Source: Bdellovibrionota bacterium
Lineage (GTDB): Bacteria > Bdellovibrionota_C > UBA2361 > JBIKUX01
Length of the DNA: 64,000 bases
NCBI GenBank assembly: GCA_044347345.1
Contig: JBIKUX010000011.1
Span: forward strand, 1 to 64,000
Direction: 5' to 3'
Below, piece by piece: positions 8,018 to 18,912 of this stretch; the stretch's first letter is position 1, and each line of letters begins with the position of its first letter. The translations under genes were made by a program, and so were the position numbers. Below the pieces are notes generated by a model. It was not told the DNA's origin. It saw nothing but the letters and a program-made list of their open reading frames with translations, and did no database searches.

Positions 8018-10297
8018 ATGGCCGAAATTTTAACTGCCTCTATCGCTCAAGAATCGCAAGATCGTTATTTGACTTATGCATTAAGTGTAGTCTCAGGACG
8101 AGCACTTCCTGATGTAAGAGATGGTTTAAAGCCGGTTCAGCGTAGGATTTTATATGCAATGCATGCAAATTTAGGGCTCAGGCCTGATACTCCACATCGT
8201 AAATCAGCAGCTGTTGTGGGAGAGGTTTTAGCTAGATTTCATCCTCACGGCGATACTGCTTGTTATGAGGCCATGGTTCGGATGGCGCAGAGCTTTTCTT
8301 TACGGTATCCGCTGATCGATGGCCAAGGGAACTTTGGCTCTATAGACGGCGACAATCCAGCGGCTTACAGGTACACAGAAGCTAGGCTTACACAACTTGC
8401 TATCCAGGTATTAGGGGAAATTGATCAGGAAACTGTACCATTTCGCGATAATTTTGATGTGACTATTAAAGAACCAATGGTACTTCCTAGTAGAGTACCC
8501 AATCTGCTTGTAAACGGGTCGAGTGGTATAGCGGTAGGAATGGCTACAAGTATTCCACCACATAATTTACGAGATGTTGTTAAAGCGTTAATTGAACTAT
8601 CGCTCGACTCTGATATATCTGAATCAAAGTTAGTTACTGTTATCAAAGGCCCAGACTTTCCTACTGGTTGCTTAGTTCTTAATTCAAAGAAACAACTTGA
8701 CGACCTCTATTCAACTGGTCGCGGTGCTATTCGTATGAGAGGAGAGTGGCGTTTAGAGGAGGGTAATCGTGGTAAATCTTCAATTATAATTGAGTCTATT
8801 CCTTATGCTATCACGAAGAGTGCTCTTGTTGAGCAAATCGCGGAGCTGATAGTTGAAAAAAAACTTCCACAGTTAGTGGACGTTCGTGATGAATCAACGG
8901 AAGAGATCCGGATTGTATTGGAACTTGCCTCTGGAGCTGATCCTGAGCGAGCTATCGCTTATTTATGTAAACATACCTCTTTTGAGAGTCAATTTGCTGT
9001 CAATATAACTGCACTAGTTCCAACTGCAAATGGAGCTCTTATTCCCGAACTTTGTTCTCTCAAAAAGTGTCTCTCGCAATTTCTTGCTTTCAGAGACGAT
9101 GTGACTAGACGAAAGCTAGTTCATGAGAAGTCAAAACTTGAAGAGCGAATTCATATTCTAGAAGGGCTTGAGACTGTTTTTGATGATCTCGATGAAGCTA
9201 TTCAAATTGTTCGCAAGAGTGGTGGAAGAAGTGATGCGGCTACAAAGCTCAGAGAGCGATTCTCTATAAGTGAAGTGCAAGCTTTTGCAGTGGTTGATAT
9301 GCGCATTTATCAACTTTCTAAGACATCAATTGATGAAGTGCGTAAAGAGTTAAAGTCCAAGAAAGATAGGGTAAAACAGATTATAGTTATTCTCTCTGAT
9401 AGTAAAAAGATCGCTGAATTAATTCGTACTGATCTTAATGAAGTAGCGGAGATGTTTGGTGATAAGCGAAGAAGTAAGTTGGTTCGAGATGTTGAGGAGG
9501 TAACCTTAAATGAAGAAGATTATCTCGTACGAGAAGATGTCTTTGCTATAGTAACAAAAGATGGTTGGCTGAAAAGAATTAGAAGGAATAATGAGCTATC
9601 TTCAACTAGGCTCCGAGAGGGAGATGCACTTAAAGACGTGCATGAGGTTAATACGCTTGATCAAGTAGTAATTACTACTAACCTAGGAAATTTGTATACG
9701 ATAAGAGTCCATGAGTTTCCATCTTCTAGTGGTTTTGGTGAACCTATACAAAAGCTCAGAAAATTCAAGGATGGTGAGCGAATTATAGGGTCTTTTATAA
9801 TGTTTTCTAATGAGCAAAAGATAGATATTCAGTCTCAGCAAAGATTACGCGAGGGAGGATTTTTATTTTTTGCATCTGCATCAGGGCAAGGAGTATTGGT
9901 GCAAATTAGTGATATAGATGGTCTTAAAAAAAGTGGAAGAAAGCTCGCAAAAGTTCGTGAATCTGATGAATTTGTCGCCGTTATTGACGTTAAAGATGAC
10001 TTAAAGAAGGCAGAGATTATTCTTTTTACTGCACAAGGTATGGCGCACCGCGTAGCTTTAGGTGAGTTTCCAGTTAGAGACGGAGCATCTCTCGGGGTTA
10101 TAGCTATTGATTTAAAGAAGGGTGATGCGTTATGTGGGGCGGTTGCAGCTGAGCAAGGAGGTGTATTAACTCTCTCTTCTGGTAAGGAAAAAATTGTTAA
10201 AGCTAGCGAAGTTAGTCTAGGACGTAGGGGGCTTCGTGGTATTAAACTAAAGGGGATATCTGAGATTTTAGGAGTAGTAGCTGGTACTAGAATGTAA
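8018..10297 (+). CDS. parC: Type IIA topoisomerase subunit A, topo IV-like
   Basis: [21 protein letters not shown], catalytic AAYRYTE. No QRRGGKG GyrA-box after GWLKR, and the CTD is shortened. Confidence 0.85.
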   Translation: MAEILTASIAQESQDRYLTYALSVVSGRALPDVRDGLKPVQRRILYAMHANLGLRPDTPHRKSAAVVGEVLARFHPHGDTACYEAMVRMAQSFSLRYPLIDGQGNFGSIDGDNPAAYRYTEARLTQLAIQVLGEIDQETVPFRDNFDVTIKEPMVLPSRVPNLLVNGSSGIAVGMATSIPPHNLRDVVKALIELSLDSDISESKLVTVIKGPDFPTGCLVLNSKKQLDDLYSTGRGAIRMRGEWRLEEGNRGKSSIIIESIPYAITKSALVEQIAELIVEKKLPQLVDVRDESTEEIRIVLELASGADPERAIAYLCKHTSFESQFAVNITALVPTANGALIPELCSLKKCLSQFLAFRDDVTRRKLVHEKSKLEERIHILEGLETVFDDLDEAIQIVRKSGGRSDAATKLRERFSISEVQAFAVVDMRIYQLSKTSIDEVRKELKSKKDRVKQIIVILSDSKKIAELIRTDLNEVAEMFGDKRRSKLVRDVEEVTLNEEDYLVREDVFAIVTKDGWLKRIRRNNELSSTRLREGDALKDVHEVNTLDQVVITTNLGNLYTIRVHEFPSSSGFGEPIQKLRKFKDGERIIGSFIMFSNEQKIDIQSQQRLREGGFLFFASASGQGVLVQISDIDGLKKSGRKLAKVRESDEFVAVIDVKDDLKKAEIILFTAQGMAHRVALGEFPVRDGASLGVIAIDLKKGDALCGAVAAEQGGVLTLSSGKEKIVKASEVSLGRRGLRGIKLKGISEILGVVAGTRM

Positions 10298-10308
10298 CTT
10301 TACACATA

Positions 10309-12270
10309 TTGGAAATAGAGCAGAGTATGACGAGTAAATCATCTAATTCATACAGAGCCGCAGATATAGAAGTTCTTGAAGGACTTGAGCCAGTGCGTAA
10401 GCGGCCTGGGATGTACATCGGAGGCACAGAAGGCCCTCAAGGACTTCATCATCTTGCAAAAGAGATCATCGATAATTCGGTCGATGAGGCTATGAACGGT
10501 CATGCTAACGAGATAGAGGTTATTTTACATGCAGACCGTGAGAGCCTTACAGTAAGAGACAACGGTCGAGGTATTCCTGTTGATATACATCCTGTATTTA
10601 AGCGATCAGCCCTAGAACTTATTCTTACGACTCTACACGCTGGTGGAAAGTTTTCTGAAAAAAATTACCATACTGCCGGAGGTCTGCATGGAGTTGGTGC
10701 TTCTGTTGTGAATGCTTTATCTATTGAATTTTGCGCTCGCGTTGAGCGAGATGGGGGAGAGTTTATTCAGGAGTTTTCGCGTGGAAAGCCAAAGGGATCG
10801 GTTAAGCGCTTGGGTCGTTCAACCAAGCATGGCACCGCGATATTTTTTCGGCCAGACCCTGAGATTTTCCGAGTAACGGCATTTTCAGAGGAAAGGCTAC
10901 AACGCATTCTTGAAGAGAAGGCCTTTTTAAATAGAGGATTAAAGTTAGTTTTTATCATTGAAGAAGAGGCTGGCGAATCTCGCGTTCAGGAATTTTTATT
11001 TCCAGACGGTATTGCTTCATATTTGAGAAATTATTTAGAGAGAAACTCCTTGGATATCCTGGGGAATGAGAGTTTTTATCTGGAACGATCTGAGGATGTG
11101 AAAGTTGAAGTAGCGTTTGCATGGACTGAGCAGACTCGTGAAGTATTATTTTCGTATGTAAACGGGATTCATACTCCAGGTGGTGGTACGCATGAAGATG
11201 GTTTTAGAGCAGGGCTTGTGCGAGCTGTGCGAAATTATATCTCTACTCATGACTTAGCTCCTAAAGGATTAAAGATTACCTCTGAGGACATTCGTGAAGG
11301 TTTAGTTGCTGTATTAGCGGTAAATATCCCTGGAACAGTTGCGCAGTTGCAATTCCAAGGACAAACTAAGGATAAGCTCAACACTGTTGAAGCAACCGCC
11401 CCAGTAGAAGCACTTCTAAAAAGTTTAGAAAATTTCTTAAATACTAAGCCAACATTAGGCGCAACTCTCGCTGAGCGTGTGGTGCTTGCAGCAAAGGCTC
11501 GAGCGGCAGCTAGGGCAGCTTCACAAGGTATTTCTCGTAAAGTAGGAGTTAGTCACCGTTTAAATTTGCCTGGTAAGCTTGCTGATTGTTCAGCCACACA
11601 ACCTTTTCAAAGTGAAATTTTTATTGTGGAGGGAGATTCTGCTGGTGGGAGTGCTAAGCAGGGACGAGATAGAAAAACTCAAGCAGTCTTACCATTGAGA
11701 GGTAAAGTGCTAAACGCCCTTAATCTATCAGAAGATAAGGTAATGGCGAATAAAGAGCTTGCAGATCTTGTTTCTGCGCTTGGCTGTGGAGCAGGAAAGA
11801 GTCTTAGGTTAGATAAGTTGAGATATGGTAAAGTTATAATCCTAACTGATGCCGATGCGGATGGTATGCATATCGCCGCACTCCTTATGGCGTTTTTTTT
11901 CCGCTATATGACCCCTTTAATTCAGCAAGGGCATCTTTTTCTCGGTCTTTCTCCTCTGTTTAGAGTTCGTGTTGGGACAGGTAGCACAGCTAAAGATCAT
12001 TGGGTATTTTCTGAAGATGAACGAGATGAGCTGATCGTAAAGCAAAAAGGTCGCTCAGTTCATGTGACTAGATTTAAAGGTTTAGGTGAAATGAATCCCT
12101 CCACTTTATGGAGTACTACTCTTAATCCTCAAACTCGTAGTCTTCTTAAAATTAGTATAGACGATGCAGACGAGGCATTTCAGATGTTTCAGCGACTTCT
12201 TGGTAAAGACCCTTCTCTTAGGTATCGTTTAATTCAAGAAAACGCACATAGGTTAATGATTGATTTGTAA
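10309..12270 (+). CDS. parE: Type IIA topoisomerase subunit B, topo IV-like (likely start ATG 10327)
   Basis: VRKRPGMYIG, EIIDNSVDE, GGLHGVG, EGDSA, PLRGK, DADADG, RFKGLGEM. Confidence 0.85.
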   Translation: MEIEQSMTSKSSNSYRAADIEVLEGLEPVRKRPGMYIGGTEGPQGLHHLAKEIIDNSVDEAMNGHANEIEVILHADRESLTVRDNGRGIPVDIHPVFKRSALELILTTLHAGGKFSEKNYHTAGGLHGVGASVVNALSIEFCARVERDGGEFIQEFSRGKPKGSVKRLGRSTKHGTAIFFRPDPEIFRVTAFSEERLQRILEEKAFLNRGLKLVFIIEEEAGESRVQEFLFPDGIASYLRNYLERNSLDILGNESFYLERSEDVKVEVAFAWTEQTREVLFSYVNGIHTPGGGTHEDGFRAGLVRAVRNYISTHDLAPKGLKITSEDIREGLVAVLAVNIPGTVAQLQFQGQTKDKLNTVEATAPVEALLKSLENFLNTKPTLGATLAERVVLAAKARAAARAASQGISRKVGVSHRLNLPGKLADCSATQPFQSEIFIVEGDSAGGSAKQGRDRKTQAVLPLRGKVLNALNLSEDKVMANKELADLVSALGCGAGKSLRLDKLRYGKVIILTDADADGMHIAALLMAFFFRYMTPLIQQGHLFLGLSPLFRVRVGTGSTAKDHWVFSEDERDELIVKQKGRSVHVTRFKGLGEMNPSTLWSTTLNPQTRSLLKISIDDADEAFQMFQRLLGKDPSLRYRLIQENAHRLMIDL

Positions 12271-12471
12271 AATGATGAGATTTGATAAATACTCAGATTT
12301 TTATAATGACCTATAGAAAAAATCTTTCAGCCAAGGTAAATGTACCTTAGTGGTAGTTTAGAAAATGTTAACTAGCCGAGCTTTTGTTATTCTGGTACAT
12401 CCTCATAAAGATGTTGAAATAACAGAAGTGGATATACTTTTTGCTAATGGTAGGGAAGCATAAGTGCCGAT

Positions 12472-13383
12472 ATGTGGGGAGCATTCAAACATTTGGCCTC
12501 TTATGTAAGTTCTCACGTAAGTAATGTGCAGTGCATGGATGAAGAAGGGTTATTCCTTACACTTGAGTCAGCGGCCGAGCGGTATGGTCGTTGTGATCCT
12601 CTCTGGTTTAGAGAAAAAAGATCTCCTGTAATAGATTCTATAGCAGGGGGTAAGGAAGGTCCCGAGATGCTCCTTCTTCACGGGTTGTTTGGTGCGTTGT
12701 CGAATTGGGAGTCGGTTTTCCCATTATTTGAGAAATTTTCTCGACCGACTGCTATCAAGTTCCCTTTACTTTCACTGCATCGTTCAGAAGTTAAAATCAA
12801 ATCCCTAGCGCTTCTTACCGAATACTTTATTCGTAAAGAGCATTCAAAGCCGGTTGTTCTTTGTGGTAACTCATTAGGTGGTCATGTTGCTCTTCGACTT
12901 TGCTTGGCATCTCCTGAATTAGTTGATTGTCTTGTGTTAGCTGGCACTTCCGGGCTTTACGAGCATACTGTGGATTCACTTCCTGTCCGTCCAAAGCATG
13001 ATTTTGTTCGCGATCATATGTATCGTGTCTTTTGGGATACAAAATTTATTACCGATGAAGCTGTGAACGAAATAGCGAGTACTCTTGCCCAAAGAGAACA
13101 TGTTCTTAATTTGATACATGCGGCACGCAGTGCCAAGCGAGATAACTTACAAAATCTTTTATCAAAGATAGCGGTACCGACTCTTTTGTTATGGGGCGAA
13201 GACGATCAAGTCACTACATTAGACGTTGCACATCAATTTAATCAGCTTATACCTAATTCTACCTTAGTTACTATTAAAAATTGTGGTCATGCTCCGATGA
13301 TTGAGCATCCAGAGTGGTTTGCTGATGAGGTTGATAAATTTTTACGAAAACATTCTCGGGTAGCAAGTTCTAACCCTATTTAG
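12472..13383 (+). CDS. Alpha/beta hydrolase
   Basis: LLHGLFG, nucleophile elbow GNSLGG, WGEDD, GHAPMIEHP. Confidence 0.9.
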   Translation: MWGAFKHLASYVSSHVSNVQCMDEEGLFLTLESAAERYGRCDPLWFREKRSPVIDSIAGGKEGPEMLLLHGLFGALSNWESVFPLFEKFSRPTAIKFPLLSLHRSEVKIKSLALLTEYFIRKEHSKPVVLCGNSLGGHVALRLCLASPELVDCLVLAGTSGLYEHTVDSLPVRPKHDFVRDHMYRVFWDTKFITDEAVNEIASTLAQREHVLNLIHAARSAKRDNLQNLLSKIAVPTLLLWGEDDQVTTLDVAHQFNQLIPNSTLVTIKNCGHAPMIEHPEWFADEVDKFLRKHSRVASSNPI

Positions 13384-13546
13384 GTGATGTATACCTTCAG
13401 GAAATACATTACCTATTACTTTTTAATTTAGCTTATTTAGATATAAACTAAGGGATGAATTGAGAGATTGAGTAAGATTAGAACATTATTGTAAATTGTT
13501 CGGTATATTACTCGAATGGAAAAAATAAAAAACTGGAAAAGTAAAT

Positions 13547-14098
13547 ATGAATCGAACAGAAGCGAGTAGTAAATTTCCGCTTGGGTCAAGTATTCCTGCT
13601 TTTCGCTTACAAGATTCATTTGGCTCATTTTATGACACTTCATTTTTTGCAGGGGCGAAAGGAGCACTGGTAGTTTTTACCTGTAATCATTGCCCTTATG
13701 TAAAGGGAAGTGACCAAGCTCTTTTTGAAGTTATTAAGTCTGCTTATAATCAAAATTTGAGAACGATTCTTATCAGCGCCAATGATCCAGAACAATATCC
13801 TGAAGATAGTTTGGAAAAAATGCGAGAAAAGGCCGAAAAATTTACTTGTCCTTGTCCATATTTGTTTGATGAGAAGCAAGAGGTCGCTCGTCTTTTTGAT
13901 GCGCAGTGCACTCCTGAATGTTATTTATTTGATCGGTCATTAATTTTAAGATTTCATGGCGCGATTAATGACAGTCCACGAGATCCATCGAAGGTAACCA
14001 AAAATTTTTTACAAGATGCCGTAAATTCTGTTCTCAAGGATGAAGTCCCTACGGTTAGTTTTGCTCACCCGATCGGGTGTTCGATAAAGTGGCGATAG
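13547..14098 (+). CDS. Thioredoxin-fold / AhpC-TSA family protein
   Basis: FTCNHCPYV, YPEDS, CTPE, GCSIKW. Confidence 0.9.
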   Translation: MNRTEASSKFPLGSSIPAFRLQDSFGSFYDTSFFAGAKGALVVFTCNHCPYVKGSDQALFEVIKSAYNQNLRTILISANDPEQYPEDSLEKMREKAEKFTCPCPYLFDEKQEVARLFDAQCTPECYLFDRSLILRFHGAINDSPRDPSKVTKNFLQDAVNSVLKDEVPTVSFAHPIGCSIKWR

Positions 14099-14153
14099 TA
14101 AAAACATATCATTTAAGTACAAAAATACTGAGAATTATTTTAATAGATATATT

Positions 14154-16154
14154 ATGAAATCATCGCTAGAAGCTGTTGCTAATACACTAAGTCTTTTGTC
14201 TTGTGATGCAGTGCAGAGAGCAAACTCTGGGCATCCAGGTTTGCCAATGGGTGCTTCGCTATTCTCAGCGGTTCTTTGGTCTGAGTTTCTTCGTTACGAT
14301 CCAAATGATCATGACTGGATTGCTCGAGATCGTTTTGTTCTTTCTGCGGGGCATGGTTCAGCGCTGCTGTATAGTCTGCTACATCTTTTTAGTGGCAGTG
14401 TTTCTCTTGATGATTTAAAGCAATTTAGACAGTGGGATAGTAAGACTCCTGGCCATCCGGAATTTGGTTGGACCTCTGGAGTTGAAGCTACAACAGGGCC
14501 TCTTGGTCAAGGAACGGCTAACGCTGTCGGATTAGCTCTTGGTGCGAAGATGCTAGCTGATACTTATAAGTGCCCTTTGCTTTCATATCGAGTGTTTGCG
14601 CTTGTAAGCGACGGAGATCTAATGGAGGGGATAGCAAGTGAAGCCGCGTCACTTGCAGGTCATTTAAAATTAGATAATTTGGTGTTCCTTTATGATGATA
14701 ATAAGGTTTCCTTAGCAGGCATGACGGATGTATGTTTTACAGAGTCGGTTGAAAAAAGGTTTGCCTCTTATGGTTGGGATGTACAGTCAGTCGACGGGCA
14801 TGATGAGGGCAGTATTAGGTCTGCTTTGAAGCACGCAAGCCAAGTAAATGTTCCCGCGATTATTTGTTTAAAAACTATTATCGGATACGGAAGCTCAAAG
14901 AAGGCTGGAACTTGTGATGTTCATGGTTCACCTTTGGGACTAGAAGAACTTGCTAATACGAAGAGGTATTTTGGTGTAGATCCTGAAGCATCTTTTTGTG
15001 TTCCGAGAGAGGTAGAATCGTTTTGTGCAGAAGTAATTGAACGTCGTCGTGTAGACCGAGCTGAGTGGCAGGATAAATTTTCTGATTGGTCAGTTGCTAA
15101 TCCAGAGCACGCAAGTTCTCTTTCGCGTCAAGTTAATAAAGAAATACCAGATGAGCTAAAGAAGGCACTTTTGGCGGGTATTCCTCACAACAAGCCTGAC
15201 GCTACCCGGAATCTTTCAGGAAAGGCTATTCAGTTAATTGCGGATAATGTCCCCTATTTTGTTGGAGGGTCAGCAGACCTTGAAAGTTCAACCAAGACTC
15301 TCATTGTTAAGTCAGATGAAATTCAGGCTGGTTCTTTTAGTGGTCGGAATATTCGTTATGGTGTGCGTGAGCATGCTATGGGTGCCATTGCAAACGGGTT
15401 AGCTTACACCGGTGCATGGATTCCAATGGTCAGCACATTCTTGGTGTTCTCGGATTATCTTCGTCCTACGTTACGTTTAGCTGCTTTGTCACATATTCAA
15501 ACCTTATTTGTGTTTACTCATGATAGTTTTTGGGTAGGTGAAGATGGTCCTACGCATCAACCTATTGAGCACATAATGAGTATAAGGTTAATTCCAGGAG
15601 TTAATGTCTACCGGCCAGCTGATGGTCTTGAGATGGGAGCCGCATATTTTGCCGCACTTGAGAGAAAGAGAGCACCAAGTGTAATTATTTGTACTCGTCA
15701 AAATGTACCCGTGCTTGAGCGTGGGAGTGAAGCAAATGTAGAAAACATTTTGCGAGGGGGATACCATTTATCATCTCATGGTGACGAATCAGTTACTTTA
15801 GTAGCAACCGGCTCTGAAGTTGGTACCATTCAACAAGCGGCTAAACTTCTTCTTGAAGGCAAAGGTATAGGGAGTCGCGTAGTTTCCATTCCTTGTGTTG
15901 AAGATTTTCTTAGCCAGAATTCTACTTATCAAAAGTCAGTTATTCCATCTGATAAGCCTGTAGTTATTGTTGAGGCTGGCAGTAAGATTGGTTGGAGTGA
16001 TTTGATAAAAGGTTCAGATTCAATAAATAACTCAGTGACAGTTATTGGTATGGAGCGGTTTGGTGCTTCGGCTTCCGGAGAGGTACTGGCGGAAAAATTT
16101 GGATTTACCCCAGAAGCTCTGGCTCGGCAAGTAGAAAAAATATGTTTACGATAA
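14154..16154 (+). CDS. tkt: Transketolase
   Basis: SGHPG, RDRFVLSAGH, TTGPLGQG, DGDLMEG, GVREHAM, THDS..GEDGPTHQP. Confidence 0.97.
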   Translation: MKSSLEAVANTLSLLSCDAVQRANSGHPGLPMGASLFSAVLWSEFLRYDPNDHDWIARDRFVLSAGHGSALLYSLLHLFSGSVSLDDLKQFRQWDSKTPGHPEFGWTSGVEATTGPLGQGTANAVGLALGAKMLADTYKCPLLSYRVFALVSDGDLMEGIASEAASLAGHLKLDNLVFLYDDNKVSLAGMTDVCFTESVEKRFASYGWDVQSVDGHDEGSIRSALKHASQVNVPAIICLKTIIGYGSSKKAGTCDVHGSPLGLEELANTKRYFGVDPEASFCVPREVESFCAEVIERRRVDRAEWQDKFSDWSVANPEHASSLSRQVNKEIPDELKKALLAGIPHNKPDATRNLSGKAIQLIADNVPYFVGGSADLESSTKTLIVKSDEIQAGSFSGRNIRYGVREHAMGAIANGLAYTGAWIPMVSTFLVFSDYLRPTLRLAALSHIQTLFVFTHDSFWVGEDGPTHQPIEHIMSIRLIPGVNVYRPADGLEMGAAYFAALERKRAPSVIICTRQNVPVLERGSEANVENILRGGYHLSSHGDESVTLVATGSEVGTIQQAAKLLLEGKGIGSRVVSIPCVEDFLSQNSTYQKSVIPSDKPVVIVEAGSKIGWSDLIKGSDSINNSVTVIGMERFGASASGEVLAEKFGFTPEALARQVEKICLR

Positions 16155-16253
16155 TTCTAAAACACCTCAATAATGGGTGGTGGAGATAAGCTGTTTACCA
16201 TAGTTTTTCCCCACCGACCGTTATAACGATAGCAAAGGGGTGTTTAGGAAAGT

Positions 16254-18308
16254 ATGAATTTTACTCCTATTATAAGTAACGACTCATCTTTTTCATCACA
16301 GCAGGAAGTTGAGGCACCTTTTTTAAAACTTTGGCGTTACTTTTCTGCATCACAGTGGGTAATCTTTGCTGTGGTGATAATTTTAGGATTATTGCTACGG
16401 TGGATAGGTCTTGAAACTCGACCTGTTCATCACGATGAGTCTCTTCATTTGATGTATGGTAGCTATTACTTTAGAGACCCTCTAAGTAGATTTTACCAGT
16501 ATGATCCTAAGCTCCATGGTCCTCTTATATATCAACTGCTGGTCGTAATTTATCAATTATTTGGGGAATCTGTTTGGTCAGGAAGGGCACTTATTGCAAT
16601 TTTGAGTTCAGTATTTCTTTTTATTCCTCTCTTATTTCGACAACATCTTTCTCCATTAATTGTGCTTGGAGTTACAAGTTACGTCGCACTTTCGCCGACT
16701 ATAGTTTATTACTCACGCTTTATACGAGAAGACTTTATTGTTTTTGCAGGTTTTTTTGTTTCTTTATACGGCGCTGTTCTTGCTAAGCCTAATTTTGGTA
16801 TCCCACTAGTTTTTGTTGGCATCGCATTACAATTTGGAATGAAGGAAAACGCCTTTGTGCACCTTGCAATGCTTCTTGGATATATTTTGTACGATGCATT
16901 ATGGCATTTAGTCAAAAAGTCTAGTGGCAAAGCGTTAAATGATAGTGAGCAAACTTCTTTATTGACTCATATCAAACGTAAATTCTTCTCTCATTGGATT
17001 GAGTTCTTAATCGGTGTTTTTTTATGCGTGGCGTTGTATTGCGCAATTTATTCTGCTGGTGGCTTATATGGTAAGGGCATACTTGATGGCCTTTATCGTG
17101 AAAGCCTAAAATATTGGTGGGGGCAGCATCATCAAGAACGAATATCTGGTCCTTTTCTTTTTCCTCAATACTTTTTAGCTTGGTATGAACCTTTATTTTG
17201 CCTAGGGGTAATAGCTTCTATCCTTTACATTATTAAAAACACCATTTTTTTGGTTCGGTTATTTAGTGTATCAGTGTTAGCTTTAGCTCTTTTTATTTGG
17301 TTTGGATTGAGTGATGAAGCTGTAATTCAAAGTAGTATTGGTAGGTTTTTTAAATTTAAAGATACTAGAGATGCCGCTGGAGGGCTGCTGTTACTGGTTG
17401 TGGCTCCTTTGATGACAACCGCGTTTTTAAACAGAGGAGAAAAGCACCTTGCCTTAGCCGCATACGGTTTTTTTGCGACATTGTTTACTTATAGTTTTTT
17501 AGGTGAAAAAGTACCGTGGCTAACTTTGTATCCTTTGGTTACTGGTCTTATTTATTTGTCTCTCTTAGGTGAGCACCTATCCTCTCAGCCATTTTGGAAA
17601 ACGCTGAAACAGTACTCTTCATCTATAGCTCTATTACTTACGTTTGCTGTGATAATAATTGTTGGGATTATCGGAAACGAAGGAACAAAAGCTGGTGCTG
17701 TATCAACGGCTGTTAGCTTGTTTAGAAATTTGACCTTTTTAGGTATTTCAGGTTTGGTTATCACTTCGTTTGTGAGTGCTTTTTTCCCACCGAATCAGAA
17801 ATTCTCGCCCATATACCCATCTATTATAATTTGTGGGTTACTTTTTTTTCACCTCTATCTTTGCCTAGTTATTAATTTTAGTCGCTCTGGTGAGTCTAGT
17901 GAGCTAATTAGTCAAGTTCATACGACTAAAGAGATTGACGGTATTGCTTATCATGTACTAAACAAAGCACAAAATGATGTTTCAGGTAATAACGAGTATA
18001 TTCAAGTTTACGGTGAGGGTACCTGGCCATTGGTTTGGTACTTTAGAGATGCAAAGAATTATAGATTTATAGATAGTAAACCATCTTTTGATAGTACTTT
18101 TGAGTATATCTTTGCCGATGAAACTACCGAGCTTCCAACAGGTGTTCCTTATATAAAAGAAATCGTGCCATTAAGAGGATGGTGGGTGCCGGTATATGCG
18201 GATATTACCCCTTCACGGTATCTATATTATCTTATTACTCGTCGTCCGTGGTTCGGTAATCCTACTGGTGCACAGAACATATCTATTTTTCGCCGTAAAC
18301 ACGAGTGA
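16254..18308 (+). CDS. Polytopic GT-C-fold membrane protein, TIGR03663/Agl23-like
   Basis: RPVHHDESLH, YDPKLHGP, YYSRFIRED, KEN, EKVPWL, WPLVWYFR; many TM helices. Confidence 0.75.
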   Translation: MNFTPIISNDSSFSSQQEVEAPFLKLWRYFSASQWVIFAVVIILGLLLRWIGLETRPVHHDESLHLMYGSYYFRDPLSRFYQYDPKLHGPLIYQLLVVIYQLFGESVWSGRALIAILSSVFLFIPLLFRQHLSPLIVLGVTSYVALSPTIVYYSRFIREDFIVFAGFFVSLYGAVLAKPNFGIPLVFVGIALQFGMKENAFVHLAMLLGYILYDALWHLVKKSSGKALNDSEQTSLLTHIKRKFFSHWIEFLIGVFLCVALYCAIYSAGGLYGKGILDGLYRESLKYWWGQHHQERISGPFLFPQYFLAWYEPLFCLGVIASILYIIKNTIFLVRLFSVSVLALALFIWFGLSDEAVIQSSIGRFFKFKDTRDAAGGLLLLVVAPLMTTAFLNRGEKHLALAAYGFFATLFTYSFLGEKVPWLTLYPLVTGLIYLSLLGEHLSSQPFWKTLKQYSSSIALLLTFAVIIIVGIIGNEGTKAGAVSTAVSLFRNLTFLGISGLVITSFVSAFFPPNQKFSPIYPSIIICGLLFFHLYLCLVINFSRSGESSELISQVHTTKEIDGIAYHVLNKAQNDVSGNNEYIQVYGEGTWPLVWYFRDAKNYRFIDSKPSFDSTFEYIFADETTELPTGVPYIKEIVPLRGWWVPVYADITPSRYLYYLITRRPWFGNPTGAQNISIFRRKHE

Positions 18309-18766
18309 ACACCATCGACTCAAAAACGCTTGATGAAAAGCGTAAATTTATTTTTGAACGAAGTATAGGTACAGCAACTGACCTCATCGGTATAACCTAT
18401 ACTTTACTTACTCCGGATCTTGTTCAGGGGAATTTGTTAGTGAGCACAAAGCTTCACCAACCTTTTGGCCTGCTACACGGAGGAATTTCTGTGTTTTTTG
18501 CTGAATCTTTAAGTTCAGTTGGGGCTTGGCTTAATCTATCTAATATTAATTCCTCTGCTTTATGTGTTGAGATAAACGCCAATCACATATCTTCTATGAT
18601 TGAGGGAATACTTTACGGAAGGGCGACTCCTCTTCATCTTGGTAAGAGTATCCACGTTTGGGAAGCTCGTCTATTTACTACATTAGATGAGACTAAAGAA
18701 AGGAGTCAATCAGAGCAACTTATATGTGTAGCTCGATGTACTTTATCAATACGCAGTGTGTCATAG
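18305..18766 (+). CDS. Hotdog-fold thioesterase (PaaI/MenI-like)
   Basis: HQPFGLLHGG..AES, EINANH, PLHLG..HVW. Confidence 0.9.
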   Translation: MNTIDSKTLDEKRKFIFERSIGTATDLIGITYTLLTPDLVQGNLLVSTKLHQPFGLLHGGISVFFAESLSSVGAWLNLSNINSSALCVEINANHISSMIEGILYGRATPLHLGKSIHVWEARLFTTLDETKERSQSEQLICVARCTLSIRSVS

Positions 18767-18912
18767 CTTTTTTTGATTGCTCAAATATAAATATAATAGT
18801 AAGAGCTCAATGGCATCTCAGCTTTGAGTTTTTACGTACTGGATTCAGTACTATTTTGAGTGCTTGGTTATACTAAACTCGGTTAGTGTTAAATCGATAC
18901 TTTAAATTTTAT

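Noticed and set aside
8018-12270. DNA gyrase gyrA/gyrB, or a quinolone-resistance allele
   Set aside because: There is no GyrA-box. GDTACYE has Thr at the Ser83-equivalent position, a natural wild-type variant in other bacteria.
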